Shown here piece after piece: positions 1 to 12,585 of a stretch of 58,017 nt of DNA. This DNA is from Octopus bimaculoides (taxonomy: Eukaryota). The stretch lies in the NCBI RefSeq assembly GCF_001194135.2, contig NC_068995.1, positions 29,190,443-29,248,459 of the forward strand, in the 5' to 3' direction. Under the pieces are notes generated by a model. The model was not told where the DNA came from and made no database searches. It saw only the letters and a program-made list of their open reading frames with translations. The number at the start of each line of letters is the position of its first letter. The first letter of the stretch is position 1. The position numbers and the translations under genes are program-made.

Positions 1-14
1 TATATATATATACT

Positions 15-375
15 GGACGCAGGTGTGGCTATATGGTAAGAAGATTGCTTCCCATCGACAGGGTTCCGGGTTCAGTCCAACTGTGTGACACCATGGGTAA
101 ATGCCTTCTACTATAGCCTCGGCTAAAGGCTTGTGAGCGGATGCAGTAGAAGGAAACTGAATAAACCCGTCGTGTGTGTACGTATATATATATATGTGTG
201 TGTGAGTATTTGTCCCCCACTACTGTTTGACAACCGGTGTTGTTGTGTTTACGTCCCCGTAACTTAATGGTTCGGCAAGGGCGACGGATAGAATAAGTAC
301 TAGGCTTAACAAAAATGACTAATAGGGTTGATTCAGCTAAAAATTCTTCAAGGCGGTTCCTCAGTATGACCGCAG
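15..375 (+). mobile_element. Composite tRNA-derived SINE (family A: tRNA-like head, internal TA/TG microsatellite, second module)
   Basis: Head GACGCAGGTGTGGCTATATGGTAAG...GGGTTCAGTCC resembles A/B boxes. The same bipartite layout recurs at 23420-23820, 34425-34845 and 45280-45680. Confidence 0.75.
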
Positions 376-377
376 TT

Positions 378-710
378 TAATGAAGGGCAAATCGACCTCC
401 TCGGAATTTGAACTCAGAACGTACAGACAAACGAAATGCCGCTAAGTATTTTGCACGGTTGCAAACGATTGTCCCAGCTCACTGCCTGAACAACAATAAT
501 AATAATAACAACCCTTTCTACATTAGGCACAAGGCCTGAAATGTCGGGGGAGGAGGTAAGTCGATGACTTTGACCCCAGTTCAACTGGTACTTATTTTAT
601 CGACTCTGAAAGGAAGAAATGTAAAGTTGACCCCGGCAGAATTTGAACTCGGAGTGTAAGGGCGGACGAAATGCCGCTAAGCATTTCGCCCGGCGTGTCA
701 GCTCGCCGCC

Positions 711-712
<2 letters not shown>
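378..712 (-). mobile_element. Two head-to-tail copies of tRNA-derived SINE family B (378-488 partial, 510-712)
   Basis: The reverse strand reads GGCGGCGAGCTG...GTTCAAATTCTGCCG...TTTCAGAGTCGATAAAATAAGTACCAG. The same sequence recurs more than 10 times in the window. Confidence 0.75.
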
Positions 713-809
<97 letters not shown>

Positions 810-828
810 GTTGTTGTTGATGTTATTA
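712..828. repeat. (TAA)n followed directly by (TTA)n, forming a microsatellite palindrome
   Basis: Seen directly in the sequence. Confidence 0.95.
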
Positions 829-855
829 ATAAGGCAGCGAGCTGGCAGAATCGAT

Positions 856-3800
856 AGCCTTTCCTTCCCGGCCAAAAGAATGTGGCGGGGCGATCCTCAT
901 GATGGACTTGGCTGGTAGCCAGATCCGTCCTACGCGCGTCAACAGCTGTTCGACAAAGCTCCACAAGTCAGCAACGTCCGGACACTGAACGAGTGCATGC
1001 AGAACAGTTTCATCTCCCGGCATACATGTCCGTCTGACACACTTCTGTGCCTGTAGAGCTTGTCTCGAGCCGGTAGAGCTCCCCCGGTAACACTGCAGAG
1101 CCAGGAATTTCGGAAAATTACACTTGAGCCCCGACCCGAAAGTCCTACGGAACTGACCATCCAGTTGTTTCTCCTCAACACGCAAAGTCTCCCTGAGAAC
1201 GTCACCGCACTTGCCCGCCGCTAACCCTCCATACAACGCTACAGTGGAACTTCCATCGATCGCATTGCCCGACTGACAGAGGACTGTGAGCGACTGACGA
1301 CACTTTAGGTGCAAAGCGACCTGCCTCGCTCTACGCTGGATCCAGGACAGCAACTCAATCAAAGAGACGAGCTGCAGAAGACGAGTCTGACAAACGATGA
1401 CCACACCCACTCACCTAGAAGGAAGCGCTGGAGATTTGATAGCCTCAGTGCATGTACGCGCATCAGCAGCTACAATATTCCCTGTCCTCCATTCAGCAGG
1501 TGTCGACAACAAAAGGAGCGCCTGGTCAGTGATGCGCGTCTTTTCCACAGAAAGCGAAAAAGTATGCTATGCAGTTTGGTCAGACATAAACTGAGGTAAG
1601 GCACGGTCCATTTGTAGGTGAAATTGGCGAGCCTGTTCGTCACTTCATCCCAGTTCTTCACCTGGAGGCCATCAAAATTAAGCGACATTTTCCCCGTGGA
1701 ACCCATCATTGCATCTTGTGTTTCCGCGGCTGTTATCGGCCTTTTGCAACGACCCACTGCCCTTACTGAGAGTTGTGGTATGCCATCGCGGTAGGCACTG
1801 ATGTCCATCCTTCTTTCCAGATTACCAGTCGACCCAAACACTTGAGCGATGTGCCGCTGAAATGCTGCAAACTGTTCGGGCTCGAGTAGCATGCACCTAT
1901 TTTGGTCCACTAAAGACCGATCTGTGGCTTTGTTGCCATGTTGTACTTCTGCCATTCAAGCCAATCGGGCAACTTTTTTCCCCTCGTTTCTTAGAACACG
2001 CACCTTAGCTCTAACAATGCATCCTTCATGCTTGATGTTGAAGAATTCGTGCTGGGCCAATCTTGCTGAGAGCACGTCGGTTGCGATACCTTTCCTAAGC
2101 GCTTCTTGTAAATTTCTAAGTTTCCCTCTGATCTATTTCTTTCTGATACTAATACCTTACTAAACGAAAAGGGTTCTACTCTAATTGCCCTTTTCAGGGC
2201 AAGCAACCATTTTTTGTATAGAGTTGACCCGTCTATGCCCGCTTAACTAATTCTTTAATCAGGTCTTAGCGTTCGGCTTCTCTACACCCCACCTCGTTCC
2301 CGGTTGACATAGAGATTAAGTAAATCACGTATCCACCGAAAATGTTCATGAATGTATGTTGATTGGAAAGTTTGGTTTCACTGATAGCCACGATTCACTA
2401 ACCTGAGGTCATTGATTATGTGGCCCTGTTTCCAAGGCGACCGACCCCTGGCAGCTTACATTTATATTGCCTATTCTGAGAAAGATCATGTTTGTAAGAG
2501 AGAAGGAAAGTGATGAAGAGAACCACATACTCTATTTCTGTGGAGAAACAGATGTGCTTTTCAGTTTATTTGTAGGTGTCTCCACTTGCATTTTTTGTAG
2601 TGTCTTGTTTATGACCCAACAGAAATCTCCCGTTCCTTATATTTTGCTTTCAGTTTGTTGAACGTCTGTTGCATTGCTTTTATAATTTTTATGCGAATAG
2701 GGGTGCTATGCGGAGGTTCGATGTATTCATTTAGAGTAACGTCTGTGTATCTTTAACTATATTTTATTAAACTCATGTTGTTTGTGTCTTTGGCTGTGTA
2801 ATTGTTGATGCTTTGAAAGTGCAGCACATGTTGTTGGTTTGGATTGCTATGCGTTTTCTTTTGTTGAGATGTTTGTGATGTTGGTGGTGTTTGTAGTGTT
2901 GGAGATGTTTGTAGTAGTGTTTGTGTAGGATGTATGGTGAGTGATGGTTTGTTGGCTTCCGTTTCTCCTCCTCTAATCTCTTTGTTTTTAGTCTTTTACT
3001 ACGCTTTTCATTTTGTAATTCTTTTCTTCTTCCTTTCATCAGGATCCATTCTGGTGGTTTTCTCAAACTGTTTTACTTGCTAGAAGAGTTTTCATTGAAG
3101 GAGAAATCTGTGGCCGGGGTCAAAATTATCTCTGCACAGTCACGTATTTCAAAGTTGATGGTCTGATCAACTGGTGTGGTTGAGGCTTCTCTCAGTTGCA
3201 ATGGGGCAGATGATGCTATTTTCTTTCTCGGCGGTGGTACCAGTACTTGCTGCTGATGTTGAATGGATCTCTCCTGCTGCTCCTTCTGCTTATGCTGATA
3301 CTTTTGGCACTGATGCTGGTGGAGATGTTGTTGCTTTTGATGCTGTTGTTGTGGCTGCTGTTATGTTAGAAGTGTCTGCAATAGCAGGGGGTTTCCTTTT
3401 CTTTGCATAGGGCAGAAAGCGTTTACATGGTTTGTTTCGTCACAAATTTAGAATCGCAGCGTTCTGCCCTCGACTGCTACGAATAGCTGTGTACCATAAA
3501 GGAAGATGATCAAGTTAGGGATAACTTCGATACTTCCTCAACTGAATCAATAATTCCATTCCTGTACCTGGCCAATTTTTCTTTTCCCATTTTATACACT
3601 TGGAGAGTTGTTGTATTCTTTATGCCGTATAATACGTTGCGACCAGCAAAGAGATGTTCACTTTTGTTGGTACCTCTGCTACCTTTGTTTTCATCACTTT
3701 CCAACTGAGATATGTCGGAATTAATCACAATTCCTCACTTTTGAGGGTTGTCATTTCTCTTTCTTTGGCTTTGTTTTTTTCAGTTGGGAGTCTTACTTCA

Positions 3801-3950
3801 ATTGTGTCAAAGCGTCTCCCACGGCGATATAAGTTTTTATCCCCCAGACTGATCTTAGGCATTTTTCAATCTGGGCCTGCGTCGTCAGCTCCAGACTCTT
3901 GATTTTTGATGAAATAAACTTGTTGATACCAGTTTTTTATTTTCTTGTAT
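856..3950 (-). mobile_element. Decayed L1/Tx1-clade LINE (ORF1 plus internally deleted ORF2), 3'-truncated
   Basis: ORF1 remnant has a CCHC-type knuckle (ICDETNHVNAFCP, ~3411-3447). ORF2 starts at 2489 with MIFLRIGNINV and frameshifted IVAISETKL (APE endonuclease N-terminus), then GCIVRAKVRVLRNEG, RPITAAE, FRFLW...GGQG and the zf-RVT-like ETVLHALVQCP. Many stops and frameshifts. Confidence 0.8.
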
Positions 3951-3989
3951 ATTCTTGCATTTCCTTTGAAGTGTTTCGAAATATTGTTC

Positions 3990-4034
3990 TCTTTGATGAC
4001 AGAAACTGAAAGAGGTCCGTCGTATATCTATATC

Positions 4035-4073
<39 letters not shown>

Positions 4074-4290
4074 CCCACAAATTGACAATGATACTGGAGT
4101 CAATTTGTCCTCCCGCCATAGCTTGACGACCGATACTAGTGTGTTTATATCCACGTAACTGATGGTTCGGCAAAAGAGACCAATAGAATTAGTACTAGGC
4201 TTACAAAGAATGAATCCTGTGTTCGATTTGTACGACTAAAGGCGGTGCTCCAGCACGGTCGGAGTCAAACGACTGAAACGAATAAAAGAG
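3990..4290 (+). mobile_element. SINE family A, 5'-truncated copy
   Basis: Matches the 3' part of 15-375 (GGAAACTGA..CCGTCG, microsatellite, GGTTCGGCAAAAGAGACC..AGTACTAGGC). Confidence 0.7.
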
Positions 4291-4668
4291 TAATAATAAA
4301 CGCTCTGATGCAGTACTAGGCAGTGGTTCTCATGACTTCTTATCATAACTGATTGGAAGTGTTATCATGTACATTGTTTTGTTTTGGTATAAAAGATGGT
4401 CTACAGCAAATATTCTGCTCAATACTACAGATTTACTTGTCAGTTGTTTGACGATAACCAGTTGAGCATGCCTCTTGGTGGCTGACGATAGGGGCATCTC
4501 TGATCACGAGCAGAAGTAGTAGGGGAGCATCATAGCCATGTATCGAGAGGAATTCTTTGGGGTTTGGATAATTCACCTCTGGAAACATGGGTATTTCGTT
4601 CAATATCCTTCAACAACCCTTATTCAGGGACCTTTTGAGCGAGATGGGCTACTCGACCTGAAGAAAAT
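4291..4668. repeat. Probable interspersed repeat, unclassified
   Basis: Non-coding, mid-GC block that abuts the SINE end. It is recalled as a common octopus repeat but has no second copy in this window. Confidence 0.35.
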
Positions 4669-4974
4669 TTGTGATCCCTGGCTTATCATCCATGCATTTA
4701 ACTGATACCTTACACGTATTGAGAAGAGCATTGTCGCTGTGAATTTTCTTTCCCATTTCCCCTTTATTTTCTGTTTTCGTTTTTCATTTTCTCTTTCTTT
4801 CTTTCTTTCTTTCTTTTTCTCTTTGTCTTTCTTCTCCTTTTTTTTCTATCACATAACTTTGTAAATGAACTATCTGGTTTCTTTATTTTAATAGTCTACT
4901 AATCTATAGAGTGACTTTCTTTGTCCTAGATGCTGGGAAGACACTCGGCAAGAAATGGAAACAAAATTGAAAAA

Positions 4975-5192
<218 letters not shown>

Positions 5193-5258
5193 ATGCCAAC
5201 ACTATGGAATAACAACAGNNNNNNNNNNNNNNNNNNNNNNNNNNNNNNNNNNNNNNNN

Positions 5259-5575
5259 AATACAAAGACCTGGAAATAGAGGTAACTCGAATGTGGAATC
5301 TAAAAACAGAAACAATTCCTATCATAGTAGGTGCCTTAGGTATAATAAAAAAATATTCAGACAAATACATAACAAAAACACCAGAACTTACAAATATATA
5401 TAACATACAGAAAATTGCACTACTGGGCACTGCACACATCCTACGCAAAACACTTTCAATACAGTAACCATAAGAGCATCACAGCAAACCACAGCACATA
5501 CCCAAGGCGCACAGAGCTGCGCTCGGTAGTGAAGTGAAAGCACGTTATAAAAATAAAACTACTGAACAATAATAA
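5259..5575 (+). mobile_element. R4/Dong-type RLE non-LTR retrotransposon 3' end with (TAA)n tail
   Basis: Translates KYKDLEIEVTRMWNLKTETIPIIVGALG...QKIALLGTAHILRKTL*, followed by a short 3' UTR and TAA repeats. Confidence 0.8.
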
Positions 5576-5606
5576 TAATAATAAAAATTTATAATAATAA
5601 TAACAA

Positions 5607-5915
5607 CACTGACAGAACAATTCAAGCTAATCGACCAGACATAATTATTAAAGACGAGGAAGAAAATACTTGTACACTAATAGATGTAAGTGTTCCCACT
5701 AATAGAAACATATCTGTCAAGGAATTTGATAAACTAAGTAAATGTAAGGACATGGAAATTGAAATACAAAAAATATGGCATCTTAATACGAGAACTGTTC
5801 CTGTTATTGTAGGTGCTCTAGATATGATAAAAAAAGGGTTGTCAGAAACATTTAGATAAGATCTCAGGAGAACCATGCCTCAGAGAAATCCAAAAGATTG
5901 TGCAAACAAGTATTA
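5607..5915 (+). mobile_element. R4/Dong-type RLE domain fragment (second subfamily)
   Basis: Translates TDRTIQANRPDIIIKD...LIDVSVP...KEFDKLSKCKDMEIEI...VPVIVGAL, a PD-(D/E)xK restriction-like endonuclease motif. Confidence 0.8.
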
Positions 5916-5984
5916 CCCATGTTATTATGTGCTCCATCTATCATTATTATTTTTATCATTTACTCTTTATCACAGGTTTTGTTG

Positions 5985-6610
5985 GAGCTCCTGGAGTCTT
6001 GCATGTTTAACGGCTTACTACCTGCAGACTATGGTACTATGTTACCCGTTCTTTTCAACTATCTAATACTTACCTGATTTATTCTGGCCGTGCCAAGGAG
6101 GCAAACCTTTTGTAACAGTTCTGCTGGGCACTCTATTCTAGTTTCCTTTATATTCCTCCTGATGCCTTGTGATATTGTTCCCAAGGATCCAACAATAATT
6201 GGCACTATCTTCACCGTCTTCATTTTCCATAACCAGGCTATATATAAATATAACTACTTATTCTGTCATGTCTGTATATATATTCAGATTTGGCAAGGAC
6301 TGGACGGCCAGAGATAATGCAGTCAACTGTCTCACTGTGCTGATTGCTCATTCTGCTTTTAGTGTAAAGGACTGTTTTCATCATTTTGCTTTTATAGTGG
6401 TTTGTGGTCAGGCTTTGGACTTGTGTAGCGAGAATCAATCCTTCCGTTTCAGCTTTTAGTCTAGAGCTTTTGAACCATTGTTGGCTTTTACTTAGGCTCA
6501 CTTCTCTGTCAAGCCTTGCAGGATATTGGCCATGGAGTGATTTGTCTCTTGATTTCTTCTTTAGTATGTCTTATTGTTCTGTTTACATGTTTTTTTTTTG
6601 TCTCTTTAAC
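5985..6610 (-). mobile_element. R4/Dong-type fragment: decayed CCHC region joined to the C-terminus and 3' UTR
   Basis: LKAETEGLILATQVQSL...ETVDCIISGRPVLAKSEYIYRHD, then WKMKTVKIVPIIVGSLG...LQKVCLLGTAR. The RLE core between them is absent. Confidence 0.75.
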
Positions 6611-6707
6611 CATTTTTGCTATCTCATCTGAGATCAGTGTGTCACTGTAGTTTGTTTCTGTTTTTGTATTTTGTCGCCCTCAGCCCGTGTATAGAGAAAA
6701 GCGTTTT

Positions 6708-6859
6708 CTTCTTCTTCTTCTTCTTCTTCTTCTTCTTCTTCTTCTTCTTCTTCTTCTTCTTCTTCTTCTTCTTCTTCTTCTTCTTCTTCTTCTTCTTCTT
6801 CTTCTTCTTCTTCTTCTTCTTCTTCTTCTTCTTCTTCTTCTTCTTCTTCTTCTTCTTCT
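6708..6859. repeat. (CTT)n microsatellite
   Basis: Seen directly. Confidence 0.95.
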
Positions 6860-6881
6860 GCTTATTATTATTATTATTATT

Positions 6882-7004
6882 ATTCAGTAGTTTTATTTTT
6901 ATAACGTACTTTCACTTCACTACCGAGCGCAGCTCTGTGCGCCTTGGGTATGTGCTGTGGTTTGCTGTGGTGCTCTTATGTTTACTGTATTGAAAGTGTT
7001 TTGC

Positions 7005-7007
<3 letters not shown>
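6882..7007 (-). mobile_element. Short 3'-end copy of the R4/Dong element at 5259-5575, embedded in (TTA)n
   Basis: Near-identical reverse complement of ~5445-5570, flanked on both sides by TTA repeats. Confidence 0.85.
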
Positions 7008-7062
<55 letters not shown>

Positions 7063-7448
7063 CATTATTAATGTTTTTATTATTTAACGGTATACACAAA
7101 TGTGTCGCAATGTCACCGATACCACTCCACAGTTAGTTTTCTTAAGTATCGAGGATCTTTCGAACAATCCTGAGCAAATTTCTGTATTAGTGCATGCACG
7201 AATATTTGTGTATAAACGTACATACATATACTTGTATATCATAATGTAAGAATTGTAAAATATATAAAAAATATTTTTCACGTAGTACAAACCTTATGCG
7301 TTGGGTAAAATGGATTGCAATGTGGATTGTGCCGAAAGTAAGGCAAAAGCGGGTATAACCATTTTATTAACTATTTTATTTTCTGCTCGATTTGGGTGAG
7401 TAACTCTTCCTTTATAATTCTCTTCCTGTTCTTCATTTCAGGTAAATA

Positions 7449-8010
7449 ATGGCTTCCAAGAAGAAGTTGTGTGCTGTCATTGAGTTCTTCATGGAAGAGT
7501 GCTGCAGGCTGTCTGCAGGCTGACATGCATAGGGGACTACAGGAAATAACAGAAATAACGTCATTGACAGGAGCAAAATGAACAGATGAAGTTTAAAGAA
7601 GTGAAGACCACGCAGTGGCAGATTGTCAGCCACGATTCCCGCGTCAAGTCACCGGCGAGTGAACGAAGTAATCGGCGCAAATAGACAAATCCCAGTGCAA
7701 TGAGCATGCCGCATATTTGGATTGTGGTCACAATGCAATGTAGTGGAAAATAGTGGAAACCACCTTCAAATATCGGAAACTGTGTGCAAAGTGGGTAACT
7801 CGGCAATTGACAACCGATTTGGAGGAGAGTATTGTGGAAATCTGCTGTAATAAGCTGTGAGTGTTTGAAACTAATGAATTCACCTATTTTTTCTGATCTG
7901 GTGACAGGGAATGAAACGTGGACATTTTATTATGATCAAGAAATGAAGGCTCAACCCATGGAATGGTGCCACAACTTTTCTGCTGCAAAGTCTAAAAATT
8001 CTAAGTATCA
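7449..8010 (+). pseudogene. Mariner-family transposase remnant (truncated)
   Basis: MASKKKLCAVIEFF..., YRKLCAKWVTRQLT (WVPxxL-like), LVTGNETWTFYYDQEMKAQPMEW (first catalytic D region, TGDETW-like). Confidence 0.8.
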
Positions 8011-8055
8011 GCGATGGCGTCTACTTCATTGTAAATGGTTTTAGGGATGACGTTT

Positions 8056-8108
<53 letters not shown>

Positions 8109-8254
8109 GATGGGCTTTTTTTTTGTTTCCGTCTACCAGATCAACTCACAAGACTTTGGTTGGCCTAGGGCTACAGTACTGACAAGATGTTACGCTGTGA
8201 GACTGAACCCAGAACCACTGTATAGACAAGACTATCGGATGTTGTTATACACTG

Positions 8255-8476
8255 TTGGTCACATTGCGATTCCTCGTATTGTTTGAGCTTTTGAATGATG
8301 TCACCCAGATGGCTAAGCGGGCTGACCAATTATCCCGTCATAGAGTTACAGCAGAGTGGACTCAAGCAACGAAAGATGAAGTTATTTGCTCAAAACGCAA
8401 TACAACGCCTGTTTGGGAATCGAAATCCCGAATTCGCTATCGCGAGTGCAACACCTAACCACTAGACTACGCGAGC
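8255..8476 (-). mobile_element. tRNA-derived SINE
   Basis: The reverse strand begins GCTCGCGTAGTCTAGTGGTTAGG (A box) ... GGGATTTCGATTCCC (B box-like). Confidence 0.65.
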
Positions 8477-8576
8477 GCAGCGCGCACACGCAGACATTTA
8501 TGCGTTTACCTACGTATATTCAAGTATATGTGTGTATACGCTCGCATGCAGGTATGTGTGTGTGTGTGCACGCGGC

Positions 8577-8621
<45 letters not shown>

Positions 8622-9420
8622 TGTGTGTGGTTGCCTGTATCTGTGTTTGTGTATCCTATGTCAGTCACAACAACAACTTTAGCAGCAGTCACACTACCTA
8701 CCTAGTGAACTGCTAATCGTTGTGGCAATAGTATGAGAGAGCAGTAGACTCAACTGCAGATAACGACAGGCAGCAGCCGACGTTTTTCGGAAAGATTTTA
8801 TAAACTCATACCTCTTTTTGTTATGCTTTGTACCTGCGTTTTCATTTTCTCTTTTTCTGTTTAGTTAATATAGAGTTGCGATTGGCCAACCGTAGCCTTT
8901 AGAGCTACAGAATGGTCCTAGGGAGGTGTGGCTTCATTTGGCCAGAAATGACAGATGTTCAATACTGTAATCCCTCGACTATCGCAGGTGTTATGTGCCA
9001 AAACATCCCGCGATATGTGAAAATCCGCGAAGTAGAAACAGTACTGTATTGTATATTTTTAAAGATTATTTTTTATAATTTGTATATATTTATTTTATTA
9101 TAAATGCAAAACAACATCACGGAAGAATCGGCGTCAGCTTAAATAATAAATTGCAATAGGGGAACCGCAATATGGCGAGGGATTATTGTATACGATTCTG
9201 ACCTCTTGTTTTGCTTTTTTTTTTTTTTTTGTACTAAATTATCGAGATGTGGTAGAGTTTGTATTGGAATGATAAAGATTGAGTAGAAGGTGAATATGTA
9301 TTGATACACAACCTTATTCCTCACACAGTCTCTCTCTCTCTCTTTCTCTCTTACTCACACGCAAACACACATATACATACGCATTTATACGTTTGTGTGA
9401 GTATATATATGTTTATGCGC

Positions 9421-9497
<77 letters not shown>

Positions 9498-10590
9498 TGT
9501 GTGTGTATATGGGTGTGTGTGTATGTATGTATGTATGTATGTATGTATGAACTTAATTAATTTCTGAAGGCCATTCGTCACCTGAAATGTTCATAAACCG
9601 ATTTGCCCATGAGGGATGTTTGTAAACTGAGGTACTACTCCATACATACTACTGTATGTATATCTAAAAAGGAGTTGGACATTTTTTTTTGTATTATTTA
9701 TTCATCAGGTGCTTCGATTGTTGGTAAGGCTGGGGAATAGTATTATAACATATCCTTTATATNNNNNNNNNNCCACTTATTTCTTATTTTTATTTTCCTA
9801 AAATTTTCGTTGCGTCTTGTAACCTTTTCAATAGTCGTTGACTCTGTCCGTTACTCACACTGCGTTCTTTTTTGTTTGTTTGTGCACATGTGTGTGAACC
9901 AGTGTGTGTGTGTGCCTATACATTCATGCATGTATCTATGTATGCATGTGTGTGTATGCATGTATGTGTGTGCGTGCATATGTATCTATCTCTGTGTGTA
10001 CATTTGTATGTATGTATTCTGCATATTCATGTGTTTGCATGTCCATGTTTGTGTGTTTTTATGTATGTGCGTGCGTGCGTGTGTGTGTGGTTGTGTGTGT
10101 GTGTTTTTATATGTGTGTGTGTGTACATCTGTCTCCTTGTGTGTGCATGTCTGAGTGTGTGTGTTTGCAACTATGTACCGTGTTTGTATGTATGGATGTG
10201 CAGCTCCATATGTTTGACGTGTGTCTCCATATGTGTCCATATGTGAAGTAAAGTGTGTGTGTATATATGGTCATGTGTTTCAGTCTTCATTTGAGTATGT
10301 GTGCTTGTTTGTTCATATAACCTATGTAACTATCCGTCTGCATGTTGATCTGTTTACTTTCATATCCATATGCTTATATATATAGTGCGAGAGAGTTAGG
10401 GGTTGAGGGTTCAACCCACTAAGGGATAGTATCTATCCAATATACTGCTGGGAGGGTACCCAATTATTGCTACACTAGCGTTATACCAAGTGCAATAAAT
10501 GGGAGCGGGTAAAAGGGGGGGTTACCCCAAATTTGTATATCAATTAGAAAATGGAGGATAATATGCTGAACCCAAGTAATTGCAGACAGT

Positions 10591-11093
10591 GTATCCCGTT
10601 GAAATCATTAATTTAATTCATAGCTAAAGTGACAAAAAAAGAAAAACCCAAAGTACAGGTGTTTATGACAAACCGTGTTATTTTGCCAACCGGGTTTACA
10701 TATAGAAGTACAAAGTACTTAAGAAATTAGAGAATGAACAGAAGTTTAATCTTACAGCTGTTTCGGCCTAGTTTTAGCGTGCCCCATTCTATCCGAATAG
10801 TCCTTGCCGGAATGATTATCGGATGACATTTTGAAATGGGGTTACATGCCCGAACCGCTAGGCCTCTTCAGAGATTCACTATTCGGATAGAATGGGGCAC
10901 GCTAAAGCTAGGCCGAAACAGCTGTAAAATTAAACTTCTGTTCATTCTCTAATTTCTTATGTACTTTGTACTTCTATATGTAAACCCGGTTGGCAAAATA
11001 ACATGGTTTGTCATAAACACCTGTACTTTGGTTTTTTTTTCTCTTTTTTTGTCACTTTAGCTATGAATTAAATTAATAAATTCAACGGGATAC
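10591..11093. repeat. Foldback with ~210-bp arms (10591-10801 / 10878-11093) and a 76-bp spacer; Penelope pLTR-like
   Basis: The arms are reverse complements with a few substitutions and small indels. The right arm ends at an N-gap. Confidence 0.9.
10748..10876 (-). ncRNA. Type I hammerhead ribozyme, intact core
   Basis: AAUCU-CUGAAGA-GGCCUAG-(86 nt)-CUAGGCC-GAA-ACAGCUGU-A^AGAUU. Stem I is 5 bp, stem II is 7 bp, stem III is palindromic, and the cleavage triplet is GUA. Confidence 0.8.
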
Positions 11094-11529
11094 NNNNNNN
11101 NNNNNNNNNNNNNNNNNNNNNNNNNNNNNNNNNNNNNNNNNNNNNNNNNNNNNNNNNNNNNNNNNNNNNNNNNNNNNNNNNNNNNNNNNNNNNNNNNNNN
11201 NNNNNNNNNNNNNNNNNNNNNNNNNNNNNNNNNNNNNNNNNNNNNNNNNNNNNNNNNNNNNNNNNNNNNNNNNNNNNNNNNNNNNNNNNNNNNNNNNNNN
11301 NNNNNNNNNNNNNNNNNNNNNNNNNNNNNNNNNNNNNNNNNNNNNNNNNNNNNNNNNNNNNNNNNNNNNNNNNNNNNNNNNNNNNNNNNNNNNNNNNNNN
11401 NNNNNNNNNNNNNNNNNNATATATATTCATACACCCACACACACACATATATACATAAATCTATCTACATAACAGCCCACTAACTATTCTACTCTACCTG
11501 TGTAAACTGTGGGTATGGGGTTATGATAT

Positions 11530-11710
11530 CTACTATGTATATTTCCTATTTAGTATGGGGGAAGTTTCATTTATGAGGACGTACTCCCGTATCTGTCTGA
11601 GTGTTGGGTCCTTTGGGTGCTTGGGAAAGATGCGGATGTCAGATGGTTGTGTGAGCACGGAAGACCTTCTCAGTAAAATCAGCAGTTGCAACCACTCCAA
11701 CGACCTCACA
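11530..11710 (-). mobile_element. Penelope-like GIY-YIG endonuclease C-terminal fragment
   Basis: IRIFPKHPKDPTLRQIREYVLINETSPILNRK resembles the PLE terminal R-x-x-E-x-x-x-I...P-x-L-N motif. Confidence 0.5.
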
Positions 11711-11909
11711 GGTTGTGCAGTATAGGCACACACACACTGATCCACACACAAACAAAAAGGAACGAAGTGTGAGTAAAAAGGTTGCAAGACGCAACAAAAA
11801 TTTTAGAAAAATAAAAAAAGAAATAAGTCGAAATTTTACCGGTGAGTGTGTTAAATTATAAGGCACCAAAAGGGAATGTCTCTCCCCAGACACAACAGTA
11901 TACACACAT

Positions 11910-11964
<55 letters not shown>

Positions 11965-11968
<4 letters not shown>

Positions 11969-12110
11969 GTAAATCCCCAAAAAAACGAAGAATAAACACA
12001 ACAAACTATGCGAGTACGTGGTACATGTAAAGTATTAGCAGACGCTCGAGGAAGGAAAGAAAGATTGTTTAACGTTTCGAGAAACCTCTTCTTCACAACC
12101 TAATAATCCT
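11965..12110 (-). mobile_element. Short PLE-derived repeat with a degenerate hammerhead (12066-12100)
   Basis: GUGAAGA-A-GAG-GUUU-CUC-GAA-ACGU-U^. The downstream TTCCTCGAGCGTCTGCTAATAC resembles the tail following the 22232 motif. Confidence 0.5.
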
Positions 12111-12585
12111 ATACTGTAACTCGATGAATAATTTTATAAAAGTTAGGAAACTAACATTTATTTTGTATTATTTGAAAACGACATCACCCCCAACTTAAGA
12201 AATTGATCATCACTTTTGACCCAAATCATGCAAAATTCTAGCTGGGGTTCATAACGCCTGCTCAAGCTTTTACCAAATGTTGTGTACTGACTCAATGCAA
12301 TGCAGAAATAGCATATCTGAAATTTCAGCTTTCTAGTAGGAGTAGTTTTTGCTTTTTAAACTATAATCACTAGAAGGCACTAGATTCACACTTCAGTATT
12401 TCCGCTGCCTAAATCCTTGTAAATGCAAGAGAGATGTGAAATAAAAGTGTATTTATACATTTTTAAGATTAATGAATAGAAATTGCGCTATGCAAAGGTT
12501 CAAAACTATGCTACTTTAAGACAGAGGCCACTACAAACATTCAATAACATACAAAATTAAAAACAATACTTATTTTTAACTTTAA

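Noticed and set aside
9698-9712. CTGATGA on the minus strand
   Set aside because: No stem II or 3' core; expected by chance.
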